64,000 nucleotides of DNA from Octopus vulgaris (lineage: Eukaryota), in the NCBI GenBank assembly GCA_951406725.2, contig OX597816.1, forward strand, positions 122,946,001 to 123,010,000, written 5' to 3'. Positions 12,582 to 24,779 of this stretch are shown here, one piece after another (position 1 is the first letter of the stretch; each line of letters begins with the position of its first letter). The notes beneath the pieces were generated by a model that had not been told where the DNA came from, searched no databases, and saw only the letters and a program-made list of their open reading frames with translations. The position numbers were made by a program, and so were the translations under genes.

Positions 12582-12620
<39 letters not shown>

Positions 12621-12644
12621 TTAATAATAATAATAATGATAATA

Positions 12645-12730
<86 letters not shown>
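12562..12730. repeat. Compound (AAT)n/(GAT)n/(GGT)n microsatellite
   Basis: Direct repeats. Confidence 0.95.
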
Positions 12731-12732
<2 letters not shown>

Positions 12733-13599
12733 TGAATGATTAGAATTAAGAATAATGATAATAAATATTTATGATAATATGAAATGTTAACCAGGAGGAG
12801 ATATGCAGGGTTATATTTAGTAATTTAATTTAATTATCATAAGGTTTGTAGCTTTGTAGTTGTAGGCAATTTCATTTTGCTAACCTTATGAAATGAGAGA
12901 CATCAAAAGAGCCCTTATTGCCATTTATTGTTGATATTTATTCAATGGTGAAATCAAATTACATTTTCTTCAAATGAATATAAAACAAAAGATAAAAGAA
13001 AGCAACATATTTATCTCTTCCCCCCACCCCTGTTATATACATTTGTTTCTGAAATCCTTTCTCATTTAATTTTTGCTAAGAGAGTGAATCTGTAGCATAA
13101 TGGCTTGGTAGAGGCCCATGATCATGATTTCAAATCCTACAACAACTGTAGATATTATTTTGTAGTTATGTACATAGTATACAACTTTACTTGCTTGTTA
13201 ATAAAAAGAATAGTATCTGGCAAAACTAGTGGATACGTGTGTTGGCAAAAGTCAATTAATAAAAATCTGCATATTTGAATGATTTCTAATGCATTTCTTA
13301 GAATATTGTATTTCCTTTGAAAAAGAGCTTTGCCTTCTTCTCTATATTTAGTCTCTATGATTTCTGTAAATTATTATTGAGTAGTTAACAGAAGGATGGA
13401 CATTCAACTATAAAAGTATTTATTTTAACTAGAATGACCTCACTAATCCAAGAATGGAACATTAGTGTAAAATATGGAAATGGCTATGTTGAACTAAATA
13501 TTTGCCTCAAATAATGAGGTATGAATATTTCTAGAAACTTAAAATATTTTTATATATTTCAACCTGTACTCATCATCAAATCTTCTGAAATGTAGTAAA

Positions 13600-13847
13600 G
13601 TGAAGTAAAGTAAAGTAAAGTTGCTTCCCAAGTCATATAGACTCATAGGGATGGTTTCATAATTTCCATGGTATATATATTCCACACCTGGACAGGAAAC
13701 TGGTCTGTTGCAGAATTACTCATTTTTTCCAGCTGAGTGGACTGCAGCAATGTGAAAAGAACAGAATACATAACCTTGCCCAGGTGTCGAAACCACAAAC
13801 TCATGATCATGAGTCCAACTCCCTAGCCACTAAGCCACATGGCATCA
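13600..13847 (-). mobile_element. tRNA-derived SINE with V-domain-like 3' part
   Basis: Minus strand has a gtggcttagtggctaggg head, a ccactcagctgg core and cctgtccaggtg; the tail is similar to the 33185 copy. Confidence 0.65.
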
Positions 13848-13959
13848 CTTCTGAAGTAGAGAGTTATACTTAATTGATTCAGTTGCTCTATATTATTAGT
13901 ATTTAATAGACTTTGGCCAGACAAGAGATCGTATCATACAATTTAGTATGGTCTCTTCT

Positions 13960-14336
13960 TAACTACATGGGTCTGGGTTCAGTCCTACTACATGGTACCT
14001 TGGGCAAGTGTCTTCTACTATAAACCTAAGCTGACCAAAGCTTGTGGGATGATTTGGTCGATAGAAACTGAAAGAAGCCTGTCATATATATATGTATATT
14101 ACATAGATATGTGTGTGTTTGCATCTTGCATTTGTCCCCCACCACTGCTCGACAACTGGTGTTGGTGTGTTTATCTCCTCATAACTTAATGGTTCATCAA
14201 AAAGAAACTGATAGAATAAGCATAAAAAAAAACAAAAAAAAAACAAATAAGTGCTTGGCTTGATTTACTCAACTAAAATTCTTCAAGGTGGTGCCCCAGC
14301 ATGGCCATAGTCTAATGACTGAAACAAGTAAAAGAT
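13960..14336 (+). mobile_element. SINE family A
   Basis: ctgggttcagtcc...ccttgggcaagtgtcttctactata...ctgaaagaagcc...gcatggcc..agtctaatgactgaaacaagtaaaag. Confidence 0.85.
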
Positions 14337-14817
14337 AACCGATAGAAGACAAAAGAATCTAACAGGTATTAAAGTAAGGTAACCATCCAAACATGTGTAG
14401 CCTTCCAAATCACCCGCAATGCAACAACAGTTGGATGTAATTTTTGTCAGTCATTCGTTATATTATAATAAATATATTTTGATTTCGTTTATGTCATTCT
14501 TAGTTACAAGAACTTTTAGCAGCAATTTTACGACTTATTTGTTGATTGGTAAAGAACAATCGCACCATTAACCTGAAAAACTGTTGCGACATTAGTATGA
14601 AATTAACATAAAACACACACAAAAATAAAATCTATCAAAATTTTTAATTAATAACATTAATAATTAAAGCAGCATTAAGCTGGACAACTATTGCACCATG
14701 TACATGGAAAACTAACATGACATTAGCATGAATAATTATCATATTAACATGAAAACTACACATCTTTCACTGCCGTTATTGTTGCCATTGTTGTTGTCAT
14801 CACCATGGTCAACATTT

Positions 14818-15092
14818 GTCATCATCATCATCCTTATCATGATCATTATCGTTTCTGCCTCCTCCTCCTCCTTCTTCTTCAGTACCTTCAATACAAATAG
14901 TGGGGGATGGTTTGTTACATAGTGATTTAAGTGTTCTGCTCAACATCGCCATCATCATCATCATCCTCATCATCATTGCCTCCTCCTTCTCCTCTCTCTT
15001 GTTTTTGTTTCTTCTTCTTCTTATTCTTCAGTTTGTTCAATAGAAATGGTGAGGGATGGTTTGTGACATAGTGATTTTAAGTGCTGAGCTCA
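14818..15092. repeat. Imperfect tandem duplication of about 125-145 bp that includes a SINE head
   Basis: (ATC)n-(CCT/CTT)n-ttcaata.aaat.gtg.gggatggtttgt.acatagtgattt occurs twice; the second copy runs into a SINE at 15060-15180. Confidence 0.75.
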
Positions 15093-15344
15093 TAATTGTC
15101 AGGTTGTGAGTCTGATTCCCAGAACAGGTGGCCCATTGTCTCCTTGAGCAAGGCACTTCACTTCCCATTGTGTCAGTCCAAACAACTAATGATCAACACT
15201 AGCAACAGCAACATGGATGGGAGGAGGATTTATTCATATGACAAACTGGTCTTCAATTCATGGAAAGCCTCAGTCCCTTCAATGAATGCAAAGCAGGATA
15301 AACTTTAGTTTAAAATGTTCAGTCACTGAATAGAATACCATTGG

Positions 15345-15680
15345 AGAGACGCCCTTCGGTCATGGATGACCATGGGATTGCACCTAGAAATTTACCCTCC
15401 GAGGTACAAGTCCAGGCAAGATTGTTTATGGAAAGCCAGCAGTTGTCCATGCATACCAGCCTCCCCTCTCCCCACCACTGATGTTATCCAAAGGAAAGGC
15501 AAAGGCTGATACAGTTTGGCACCAGTGATGTCGCAACTCATTTCTACAGCTGAGTTAACAGGAGCAACGTGAAATAAAGTGTCTTGCTCAAGAACACGAC
15601 ATGCAGCCCAATCCGGGAATTGAACTCACAACCTCACGATTGTAAGCTCGATGCTCTAACTACTGAGCCATGCACCTTCA
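15345..15680 (-). mobile_element. SINE family B (CORE-like head, subtype 1)
   Basis: Minus strand reads tggctcagtagttagagc...gtgagttcaattcc...tcttgagcaagacactttatttcacgttgctcc. Confidence 0.85.
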
Positions 15681-16200
15681 CAAAATATCATTAGAAATAA
15701 CATTATCAACAACAAAAACAGTAATAACATGATGAAGAGCAGATGTTACATCAAAAACAATCAAATGTATTGAGCTGGAGTAGTAATGGTAGAATTATTA
15801 AACAAATTCATCTAACAATGCATTAATCTTTAGTATTTAAATTGGTCATATCCAACCCAAATCTTCTGCCTGTTTCCTATTCAAATTGACTAGATGCATC
15901 TTGTCAAACCTACCCTACAATATCAGTCCAAGAATAAACAATCACATCATTGAAGTCACAAGGCTGCAAGATAATGAAAAACAAATTCAAAACAATGTGA
16001 AAAAATAGGTGTATGTATGGCTGTGTGAAGAGAAATTTGATTTGCTACAACATGGTTCTGGGTTCAGTTTCACTGAGTGGAACCTTAGGCAAGTGTCTTT
16101 TACTATAGCCTCAGGTAAACCAAAGCCTTGTGAATAGATTTGGTAGATGAAAACTGAAAGACTTTGTATATATATATATATATATATATATATGTAATAA

Positions 16201-16298
<98 letters not shown>

Positions 16299-16349
16299 TT
16301 GATAGATAGATAGATACATACATTCATACATACATACATGCATACATAT

Positions 16350-16650
16350 AGTGGCTCAGTGGTTAGAACATCAAGCTTATAATCGTGAGGTTGTGAGTTC
16401 GATTCCTGGACTGGACTGCGTGTTGTGTTCTTGAGTAAGACACTTTATTTCACGTTGCTCCAGTTCACTCAGCTGGAGAAATAAATTGCAACATCACTGG
16501 CGCCAAGGTGTATTGGCTTTTGCCTTTCCCTTGGAGAACACTGGTGGCATGAAGAGGGGAGGCTGGTATGCATGGGCAACTGCTAGTCGTCCTTAAAAGC
16601 AACCCTAAGTTGTGTGTTTGCCAGTGAGGAGACTTTCTGCCCTGGAGGAG
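16350..16650 (+). mobile_element. SINE family B subtype 1
   Basis: gtggctcagtggttagaac...gtgagttcgattcc...cactttatttcacgttgctccagttcactcagctgg; inverted relative to 15345-15680. Confidence 0.85.
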
Positions 16651-16674
16651 AACTGATGGAGTTGAGTTTCATAT

Positions 16675-16705
<31 letters not shown>

Positions 16706-16709
16706 ATAT

Positions 16710-16742
<33 letters not shown>

Positions 16743-16822
16743 ATATAGGATAAAACTTTTCGAAAAAATTTCTATCAATGGCCAGCATATTAGAAAATAC
16801 CTTTAAAGGTTAACTTTATAAG

Positions 16823-16980
16823 CAACTTATAAACAAGGGCAAAAGAAAAAATTCTAATGCCAAATATGCCGAAAATAAGCAAATCGTCAATAACTATATA
16901 ATATATTGGTTATTGACTATTTGTTTATTTTCAGCATATTTGACATTAGAATTTTTTCTTTTGCCCTTGTTTATAAGTTG
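16823..16980. repeat. Long inverted repeat (72-bp arms)
   Basis: 16823-16894 versus 16909-16980, 68/72 matches by hand; lies in a TA-flanked segment of about 16745-16980. Confidence 0.95.
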
Positions 16981-17099
16981 TATATATATATATATATATA
17001 TATATCAGGGGCGTGCACTCTCAGGTAGGCAAGGTATGCCTTCTTTGTATGCCTTCTTTGTTTCAAAGAAAATCCGTCCAGTTGTTTTTGAAATATTTT

Positions 17100-17395
17100 G
17101 TCTCTCCTTCCCCTCTCTCAGTGACTTGTACTTCTGCTTTGAGAAATGCTTTGAGAAGATCGCATGACACACACTCCCTCTCTGCCTGTATTAGTTTGTC
17201 CTTCCTTTCTATCTCTCTCTCTTAGTGACTCAATAAATTCATTGTTGCGTGTCATGCTTTGAGAAGACCGCATGACACCCCTTCTCTCTCTCTTTGTTAA
17301 TTTGTACCCCCTTCTTCTCTCTCAGTGATTCGACAAATTCATTGTGGCATGTCATGCTTTGAGAAGACCGCATGACACGCTTCTCTGTCTATTGT
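17100..17395 (+). repeat. Subterminal tandem repeats of about 105-110 bp in the hAT left arm
   Basis: tgctttgagaaga.cgcatgacac recurs at about 17147, 17255 and 17355. Confidence 0.85.
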
Positions 17396-17733
17396 TAGTG
17401 TAGAATTGTTGCTAACCTGGTTCCACTTTTGACCCGTAAAATTTATGACCGGAACAAGAGCAATCCCACAATTCTTGAGTTAGCCAGCTGAAATGTTGGA
17501 ATAGCTTGGCAGTAAGTTTGAATTTTTTTATCCAAAACATCCGTTTGCACTATTATATTTTTAGAGTGTTTTGAAAATAAAAATATAATCTATATTATAT
17601 TTCTTATTTCAGAAATAGCTAATTAATCTTAAATTAATTTAGCTGAGGGGATTTTTCCGTTTTGTTGAAATTGACTTACGATTTACGCCGGCGCTTCCGC
17701 GTGGGTTCTTATATAAGAGCAGCCTTTTTCAAA

Positions 17734-19884
17734 ATGAGTGAAATGTGTGTTATAAACGATATTTTGAGAAATAGTTTTTCGAAAAGAGACTTCGATGGGA
17801 AATAATTAATTATGAATGGTGGGAGACCAACACCGAATTTATCTAATTTGCGAAGCTACCACAAGAAATTCACGAGACAATTTCAGGTTAATTTGTATGA
17901 AAAGAAAAAAAGGGTTAACTGGAAGTGTTGCTCTTAATAAATTATTCTGTTGGCCGTGTTTACTTTTTGGCTCAGAAAAAAATGTTTGGAATGATAAAGG
18001 CTATGATGATTTAAATAATTTACATATGAGATATTCCTGTAGGCCCCCAGGAATTATGCTAAAGTACGAACGTTCTCAAAGGCATATAAAATGTTTGATA
18101 GATCTTAAAATATTCGGGAATGTTTGCATAGACTTACAATTAGATGCACGTAAAAATCAAAGCATACAACATCATAATGATGAAGTTAGACGAAACAGAT
18201 CCATTCTGCAACGATTGATCGATATTGTTATTTTTGTAGGCCTCCAGGAATTATCGTTTCGGGGTCATTTTGAATCTGAAGGCTCTAATAATCGTGGAAA
18301 TTATGAAGAACTCGTATATTTGATCAGTAAATATGACAAAAATGGAAAGTCAGCTAGATACAGCTTCTATCTTCACCGGTTTGTCAAACAGAATTCAAAA
18401 TGACTTGATCGAAGCAATTCATAAAGATATGTTGAATGAGATGCAGAAGGAAATTGAGCAAGCTAAGTTTGTTTCTATTCTTGTTGATGAGACATCTGAT
18501 GTCTCAGCATCTTCACAACTGTCAACAGTTTTACGTTATGTTACAGAAGACTGTGTGACGAAAGAACGATTTATCGGTTTTAGTGATGTTAGTGCAGATC
18601 GATCTGCAAATGCTTTATCTGAATATGTTTTTAAATGCATTGAGACGTGGGAATGTGGAAACAAATGGATTGCACAGACATATGATGGTGTCGCTACAAT
18701 GGCAGGACAACTAAATAAGTTACAGGCAAAAGTAAGAAAGAAATACGAACGTGCGATCTTTATTCATTGTTGTGCCCATATCCTAAATTTAGTTCTTTCA
18801 CAATCATGCTCTGCTATGAAAGAATGCAAGATATTTTTTTCTACAATAAACGGACTCGGTACATTTTTTACGAAATCACCGAAAAAGGGCATTAGATAAC
18901 ATTGTTAAAAAAGATTTCCGAAAGCAACAGCAACTAGATGGAATTACTCCTCACGTCTTATTATTACCACAAAGGAAGATTATAATTTCATAATCAGCCT
19001 TTTTGAGCACATCATTGAAAATCCTGAAGCATGGGGTGATACCACCATAAATTCAGCAATTGGATTCTTACACACTTTAAAAGCTCCTGATTTCTTATTT
19101 TTGTTAGAAGTATTCAGTGACATTTTTTCTTTTACTGGCGTCTTATTTAACATACTCCAGAGTAAAAGTTATGACATAGTGTATTGTAAAGAGCAAATAG
19201 ATAAAACTAGAACTGTACAAACTTGCTAATTTTTCAATCTTTTATGATAGGTTAGGGGAAAAATATGGAGTCGATGCAGGAATCGGAATTCAGAGATCCA
19301 AGAATATATCTATTGATCCCCAACGACATTATAGAATGCTTTATAACAAAATTATCAGTACAATAGTTGACCAAATAAAAGCACGATATTCATCCTTAGA
19401 AGAGTTTAAATTCATGGAACTTTTGAATTTCAACAAAGTTGATGAGTATTGCAAACAATTTCCCGTGGGCTCTTTAGATTCTTTAAGAACAACTTATGGC
19501 AGATTTTTTGATGTAATACGATTACAAAGTGAGCTCAATGTGATGTATTCAATGAAAGATTTAAAAAAACCAAGTGTAAGTCATTTAATGAGTTACATTA
19601 ACAGCAGTGATCGTGTTGAAGCTATGCCAGAACTCTTCAATCTGTGCAAGTTGATTTTGACAATTCCGTCTACCACTGCTTCTGTAGAGCGATCCTTTTC
19701 TGCATTAAGTAGAATTAAAACATACCAAAGAAATGCGACAGGAGAAAGAAGACTGTCTGGGTAAGCACTAATGTCAATTGAAAAAGATTTATAACAAGAA
19801 TTGATGAAAAGAGAAGATTTCTATGAAAATGTGATAGATATTTTTGCCCAGAAAGACCGAAGAATTGAATTAATTTATAAATGA
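17734..19884 (+). pseudogene. hAT transposase pseudogene (ZMYM1-like, with C-terminal dimerisation domain)
   Basis: FCWPCLLF, LSFRGH.E...NRGNY.EL, SNRIQNDLI, VDETSDVS..SQLS, YDG..TMAG, IHCCAH.LNL, TRWN and TASVERSFSALSRIKT, broken by frameshifts and stops (ORFs 17816, 18333, 19336). Confidence 0.92.
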
Positions 19885-20872
19885 GGTAAATAACATTTTA
19901 AAACATTAAAAAAATTAATATATTAAAGAGCATGTATTACAGGTTTTGCTTAGTGTTTGTTATAACGTAAGGTTCGACCTTCTTACATCAGTATTGTTTC
20001 GCAGGAGAAATGTTTCGATTTCTTTGTCAAACCTAACCTACATAGATTTCCCTTTCTGTGCTGCTGGGTGTAGTCTATTTACGGCCGTAAATAAGTGTCT
20101 TGTTTCACTTTCAATAAGTGTCTTGTTTCAATCTCAGAGATGTTGACTTCTGCCACAACAGTTTGGGGAGGCTTTTTACAATGTTGAATTTTCGCTGTCT
20201 TTCATTGTGTGTGTATTCATGTATATGCGTGTATTTTCAATGTGTGTGCGTGAGACGTAGTCTTTTAATGTACGGAGTTCAGTAAGTTTCAGAACAGTCA
20301 ATAATTTTCCCGGAATTGACAAGTAGCATGATAAAGCACCTGACTTGTCTTCGAAAGCGTAACGATCTAAAACCATGACCATATAATGTAACTAAATGTG
20401 TTCTTTTAATTAAATCATTTCAAATTGATTCGGCTCAACCAATAGGTATAGGGGCTAATGCAGAATCGCACCTCTTTGAAAAACGAATTTTTGTGAAAAA
20501 TGTTTTTCGGATTCCTACCTTTAACAGAGATTCTGAATATGCAAAAATATAGACAGAATCCAATTTCATCTTTATTACATTTCACTTATAATTTTTAAAC
20601 TTTTCTAAGGGAGAATGAGGATGGGAAAGTACTGACGTTTCGAAGAGAAAAGAATAATACAAACAATACACTTATTTCAGGCTCATCTCTACACAGCCAT
20701 TTTTTATTCCCTGTTTATTCTAGGTCATACGGAGATGATTGCATATTCCGAATCTCTTATTTGTAAATCGTAGGAACATGAAAATGTTTTACTGAAAAAT
20801 TGCCGGTGAGGGTGGTGGCAATGAAATTCATTGCATGCCCAACACCGGAAGTCACCGCATGCCACTGATATA

Positions 20873-20914
<42 letters not shown>

Positions 20915-21581
20915 GTCTGTCAATGTCCTTGTAACTTAGTGGTTCAGCAAAAAGACTTTGATAGCATAAGTACAAGGCTTAAAGAATTAAGTACTATGGT
21001 CGATTCGCTTGCTTAAAAAATTCTTTAAGGTCGTGCCACCACATGGCTACAGTCTAATGATTGAAACATATAGAATATAGAAAAGTAAAAGAGTATTACA
21101 TTAGACAGAATAATCTGAATGCTAAAGGGTTAAAATATGAAAATACAGTGAACAATAGAATGATACAAATGTTTTACTTAAAATATCAGCAATAGCATCT
21201 CCATCATCAACAAGCAAAAACAGTAATAACTTATTCAGTATCAGCCGAAGGTACTAGCAACTTGAGCAGTCCCAGAGGGTATCTCAACTGCAGAGGTGTT
21301 ATCTCATATGTTTGAAATACAGAGGGAGAAAATGTGAAAATATTCCTACTTTTAATAAACAGCCATAAGCACTCTATTCCTGCATTTGCAGATTTTTTCT
21401 GTCTCCTTGTGGAAATTTATAAAGAAATTTTTACTTGCTAAGACACTAAATTCAACTTGCTTAAAGTATTATTAATCCCATGGCCGACCCTAGTGAAATA
21501 ACAGCCAATAGTTGTCAACACTACAATAGGAATGCTATAGGAATAAAACTCAAGTAATCCACATAAACCAGCAACAACTGT

Positions 21582-21996
21582 TTAACCCTTTAGCATTTAA
21601 ACAGGCCATATCTGGCCTCACACACCTATTTTACCATGTCATTCTAAAAATAATAAAAATAATAATGAAATTATTGTATGCAGTGCTCAGGTGCACCACA
21701 ACTTGTCAAAAGTGCTTATAAAGCATATGCAGTAATGTACAAATGTCTGGGAAGTGAACAGTGTATGAGTCAGATACATGTTTGCGTGTGTATGGAGGGG
21801 AGAAAATCAGGTGTAGTTTTGGCAAATCTCAGGACGCATGGAAGTTTTGAAGGATACAGTACTCCGACAACTAACAACTGATGCAGGCACATGTATCATC
21901 AAAACCTCAAAGTTACAAGATAATGCATGATTAATTTAAACCAATGTGAATAAAAAGGTATACATTTGACAGAGAGATCTGAATGTTGAAGGGTCA
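21582..21996. mobile_element. TTAA-bounded MITE (piggyBac-like ends) containing a CR1 tail insertion
   Basis: ttaaccctttagcattt ... gaatgttgaagggtcaa. Confidence 0.7.
21655..21890 (-). mobile_element. CR1-like LINE 3' end
   Basis: Minus-strand PASVVSCRSTVSFKTSM resembles the CR1 RT C-terminal WN.LP..VV....FK motif; a 3' UTR and TTA-rich tail follow. Confidence 0.65.
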
Positions 21997-22339
21997 AAAT
22001 TGAAAACTATACCAACTACAGAGATAAGTAAATTAACGATGTCTTTAGTTTTCCAACATAAATAAAGAAAACACTCAAGAAATACATGTCAGTGATTTTC
22101 TCGACATCAGCATAACAACTTGATATTAATTTAATTAATAATTAAAAATACAAATAACCCAATGAAAATATCAGACAGACTTTAATAAGCCACACCATAA
22201 AAGCATTTATTGGCTAAGAAACATGCTCATTTGACGTCCATCCTATCTAATCAGATTTATTTCTGTATAAAACTGACTTTCCCATTTCATCTTCAAAGGA
22301 AAGTTTTCTTTTGTCTTGGCTTAGGTTTTGATATACCTA

Positions 22340-22409
22340 CCTACCTACATACATACATACATTCTCACTCACACATGTATATAGACACAAATATACATAT
22401 ATATATACT

Positions 22410-22454
<45 letters not shown>

Positions 22455-22545
22455 GCATATGTATATATATATATATATATATATACATACATACATACAT
22501 ACATATATATATATAGATATACATATATATACATATTCACACACT

Positions 22546-22587
<42 letters not shown>

Positions 22588-22620
22588 CATATATACGAAG
22601 TATGTGCATGCATGTATATT
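22340..22620. repeat. Compound (CA)/(TA)/(TACA) microsatellite
   Basis: Direct repeats; explains ORFs 22210 and 22365. Confidence 0.95.
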
Positions 22621-23324
22621 CTGGCCATTTTCCTATTACTTACATAGCTCCTTAGCTAATTACAGAGTTAAGTCAGCTGGAAATAATGATGTTCAATTTA
22701 TAATACTCTTGCAAAAGGTAGAATGACTGATAAATTAATGCAAAAGCATGTCTTGTATTTTTAGTTAAGTCTTCATTGCAGGCTTTGTGGCATCGGTTTA
22801 TGGAAAATACCCTGTAATCATGTCGGTTGCTATAGCAGACATAGTGTGGAGTTGAAATTGTGTCTTGTTCAATACAAGAAACTTCATTTACATAAGGAAT
22901 GATTACGATAGTGATGCTAGTGGTTGTAGTGGTGATGGTGATAGTGATGGTCGTGATGAAAATGATGATGATGATGATGATGATAATGGTGATGAAATGT
23001 TTCTTTTTGTCTACATGCAAAGTACTGTTTGTAAGGATGGGGTGTATATGCAACTGAAACACTCTGGTATATATTCTTTGCTTATTTTAGAGCAGTAGAT
23101 TGCCAGCGTCATTAGAGCATTGTTGGGGAATCAGATGAAGTACCACACAGTATTTCTTTACATTCTGAGTTCAAATCTTACCAAAGTTAACTTTATTTCT
23201 TATCCCTCTGAAGTCATTTACTTAGGTTGGTGCTACTAACCCTACCCTTAAACTTTATAACCATTGATTAAATGCAGTGAGCTGGCAAAACTTTCTAAGA
23301 GATTTGTATGTAATATAATATCAG

Positions 23325-23665
23325 GTGTCATTGTGTGGTAAGAAGCTTGCTTCCCAACCACATAGTTCTGGGTTCATTCCCACTGTATGGCACCTTAAGC
23401 ATGTGTCTTCTATTATAGCCTTGATCTGACCAAAGCCTTGTGAGTGGATTCAGTAGATGGAACTTGAAAGAAGCCCATCATTTATATCATATGTGTGTGT
23501 CTGTGTTTGTCCCCACCACCATTACTTGACAACTGGTGTTGGTGTGTTTACATTCCCATAACTTAGCTGTTTGTCAAAAGAGACTGATAAAATAAGTACA
23601 AAGGCAGTGAGTGCTCCAGCATGGCTGCAGTCAAATGACTGAAACAAGTTAAAGAATGAAAGAAT
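23325..23665 (+). mobile_element. SINE family A
   Basis: tgtgtggtaagaagcttgcttcccaaccaca...cagtcaaatgactgaaacaag. Confidence 0.85.
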
Positions 23666-23824
23666 TAAAAAAAAAGTTTATCTGCATTGGTTCCAAGATC
23701 ATCTGACGGCAGTCGATAAAACAGTTCCAACCAGGTACTATGATTGACAGCATTGACTTTACCCTCTCCTTAAAATTGCTGGCCTTGTGTCTAAATCAAA
23801 AACCAAAGTTGGTAATGACACAAG

Positions 23825-24650
23825 GAACAGATGATGAAATTTTGATAGTGATCTAGGAATTTTTATGGATTCTTGAAAGATTTTTCCATTGTTATATTTA
23901 CTTTACATGAAGTATTACAATGTTACATTCTTTGATTATCTCCCTTGAAAACACGTTCACCGTTTCCACGTAGCCTATGGTGGTGTTGCTGTTTCCAAAG
24001 TTTCATTTTCATTTCTCTATTAGTAATTTTACTCGTGTATCTATGGATTCTTGAAGGATGATTGATACTATGCTGACCACAGAGGGATGTAAAGTAGTTA
24101 GGTAGGTTTAGTTTCATAAGTCGACAGATACCTCTTTTATCTTTACTAAGGAATCATCTGACCATCGTCCTTGGTGATTTCAATGTGGATCTCCTTGATT
24201 CCCCTAACCGCAAGATCTTGACAACTATGAACCAGTTTTGGCTTGACCAACTTGTCCAAAAACCCACCACCAACTATGGAAGCCTGCTAGATCATGTTTA
24301 TGTGAACCAGGATCGACGTCCACAAGTCACCATAACTGACTGTTACTTTTCCGACCATGATGTTGTGTGTATATCACTCAAGTTTTATGTAATTCTTGTT
24401 TCTTTTAAGTTGTATGGTGAAACTATCTTGCTGTTGTTAATGATGTATTATAACTGCTTCAGATGGTTCCTGTTTTTAAAGGATTTTTTTTTAAAAATCA
24501 CATGGCTGTGTTATTTTTTTTAACCCTGCCAAGGAGGTTATGTTTTTGCTGGCATTGGTTTGGGAAATTGGGTGATTTTCAGCATGCGTGTATATGGGTG
24601 GAAATGCGCTGCTTGGCGGAGGTCTGTGCTCTCTGAGTGCTTTTCTTGTT
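23825..24650 (+). mobile_element. Helentron/HINE-like element carrying an AP-endonuclease C-terminal fragment
   Basis: 24160-24385 reads TIVLGDFNVDLL...QKPTTNYGSLLDHVYVN...DCYFSDHDVV. The terminal region has ctgccaaggaggttatg, cttggcggagg and a gtgctc-tct-gagtgc hairpin followed by tttt. Confidence 0.65.
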
Positions 24651-24779
24651 TGCTTATTGTTGATTTACTGCATCTGCAGAGACTCATCATTCCTATTTTT
24701 ATATTACAACATTTTTCAGATTCCAATTGCAGAAAAATTTAACTCCTTGTGAGAAAATAAAGGTCTTCCATTGCTCTTT

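Larger units (their letters stand above)
17006..20867 (+). mobile_element. hAT DNA transposon, near full length
   Basis: Imperfect TIRs CAGGGGCGTGC / GCATGCCACTG (9/11), ATATATAT on both sides (8-bp TSD within a TA run), and an internal transposase. Confidence 0.9.
16015..21093 (+). mobile_element. SINE family A split at its internal microsatellite (16015-16163 and 20909-21093)
   Basis: The 5' half ends ...aaactgaaaga; the 3' half resumes gttggt.tgt..atgtccttgtaacttagtggttcagcaaaa...aaagtaaaagag. Confidence 0.8.
15823..21133. mobile_element. TTAA-bounded MITE split by nested insertions (halves 15823-16010 and 21094-21133)
   Basis: The left end ttaatctttagtatttaa and right end aatgctaaagggttaa are inverted. 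The joined halves match the copy at 21582-21996. Confidence 0.75.

Noticed and set aside
14498-14571. Possible minus-strand last exon LMVRLFFTNQQISRKIAAKSSCN*
   Set aside because: Plausible acceptor, but no homology or partner exons found.
22785-22835. taccctgta resembling the miR-10 family 5' end
   Set aside because: The remainder does not match miR-10 or miR-993, and the hairpin is weak.
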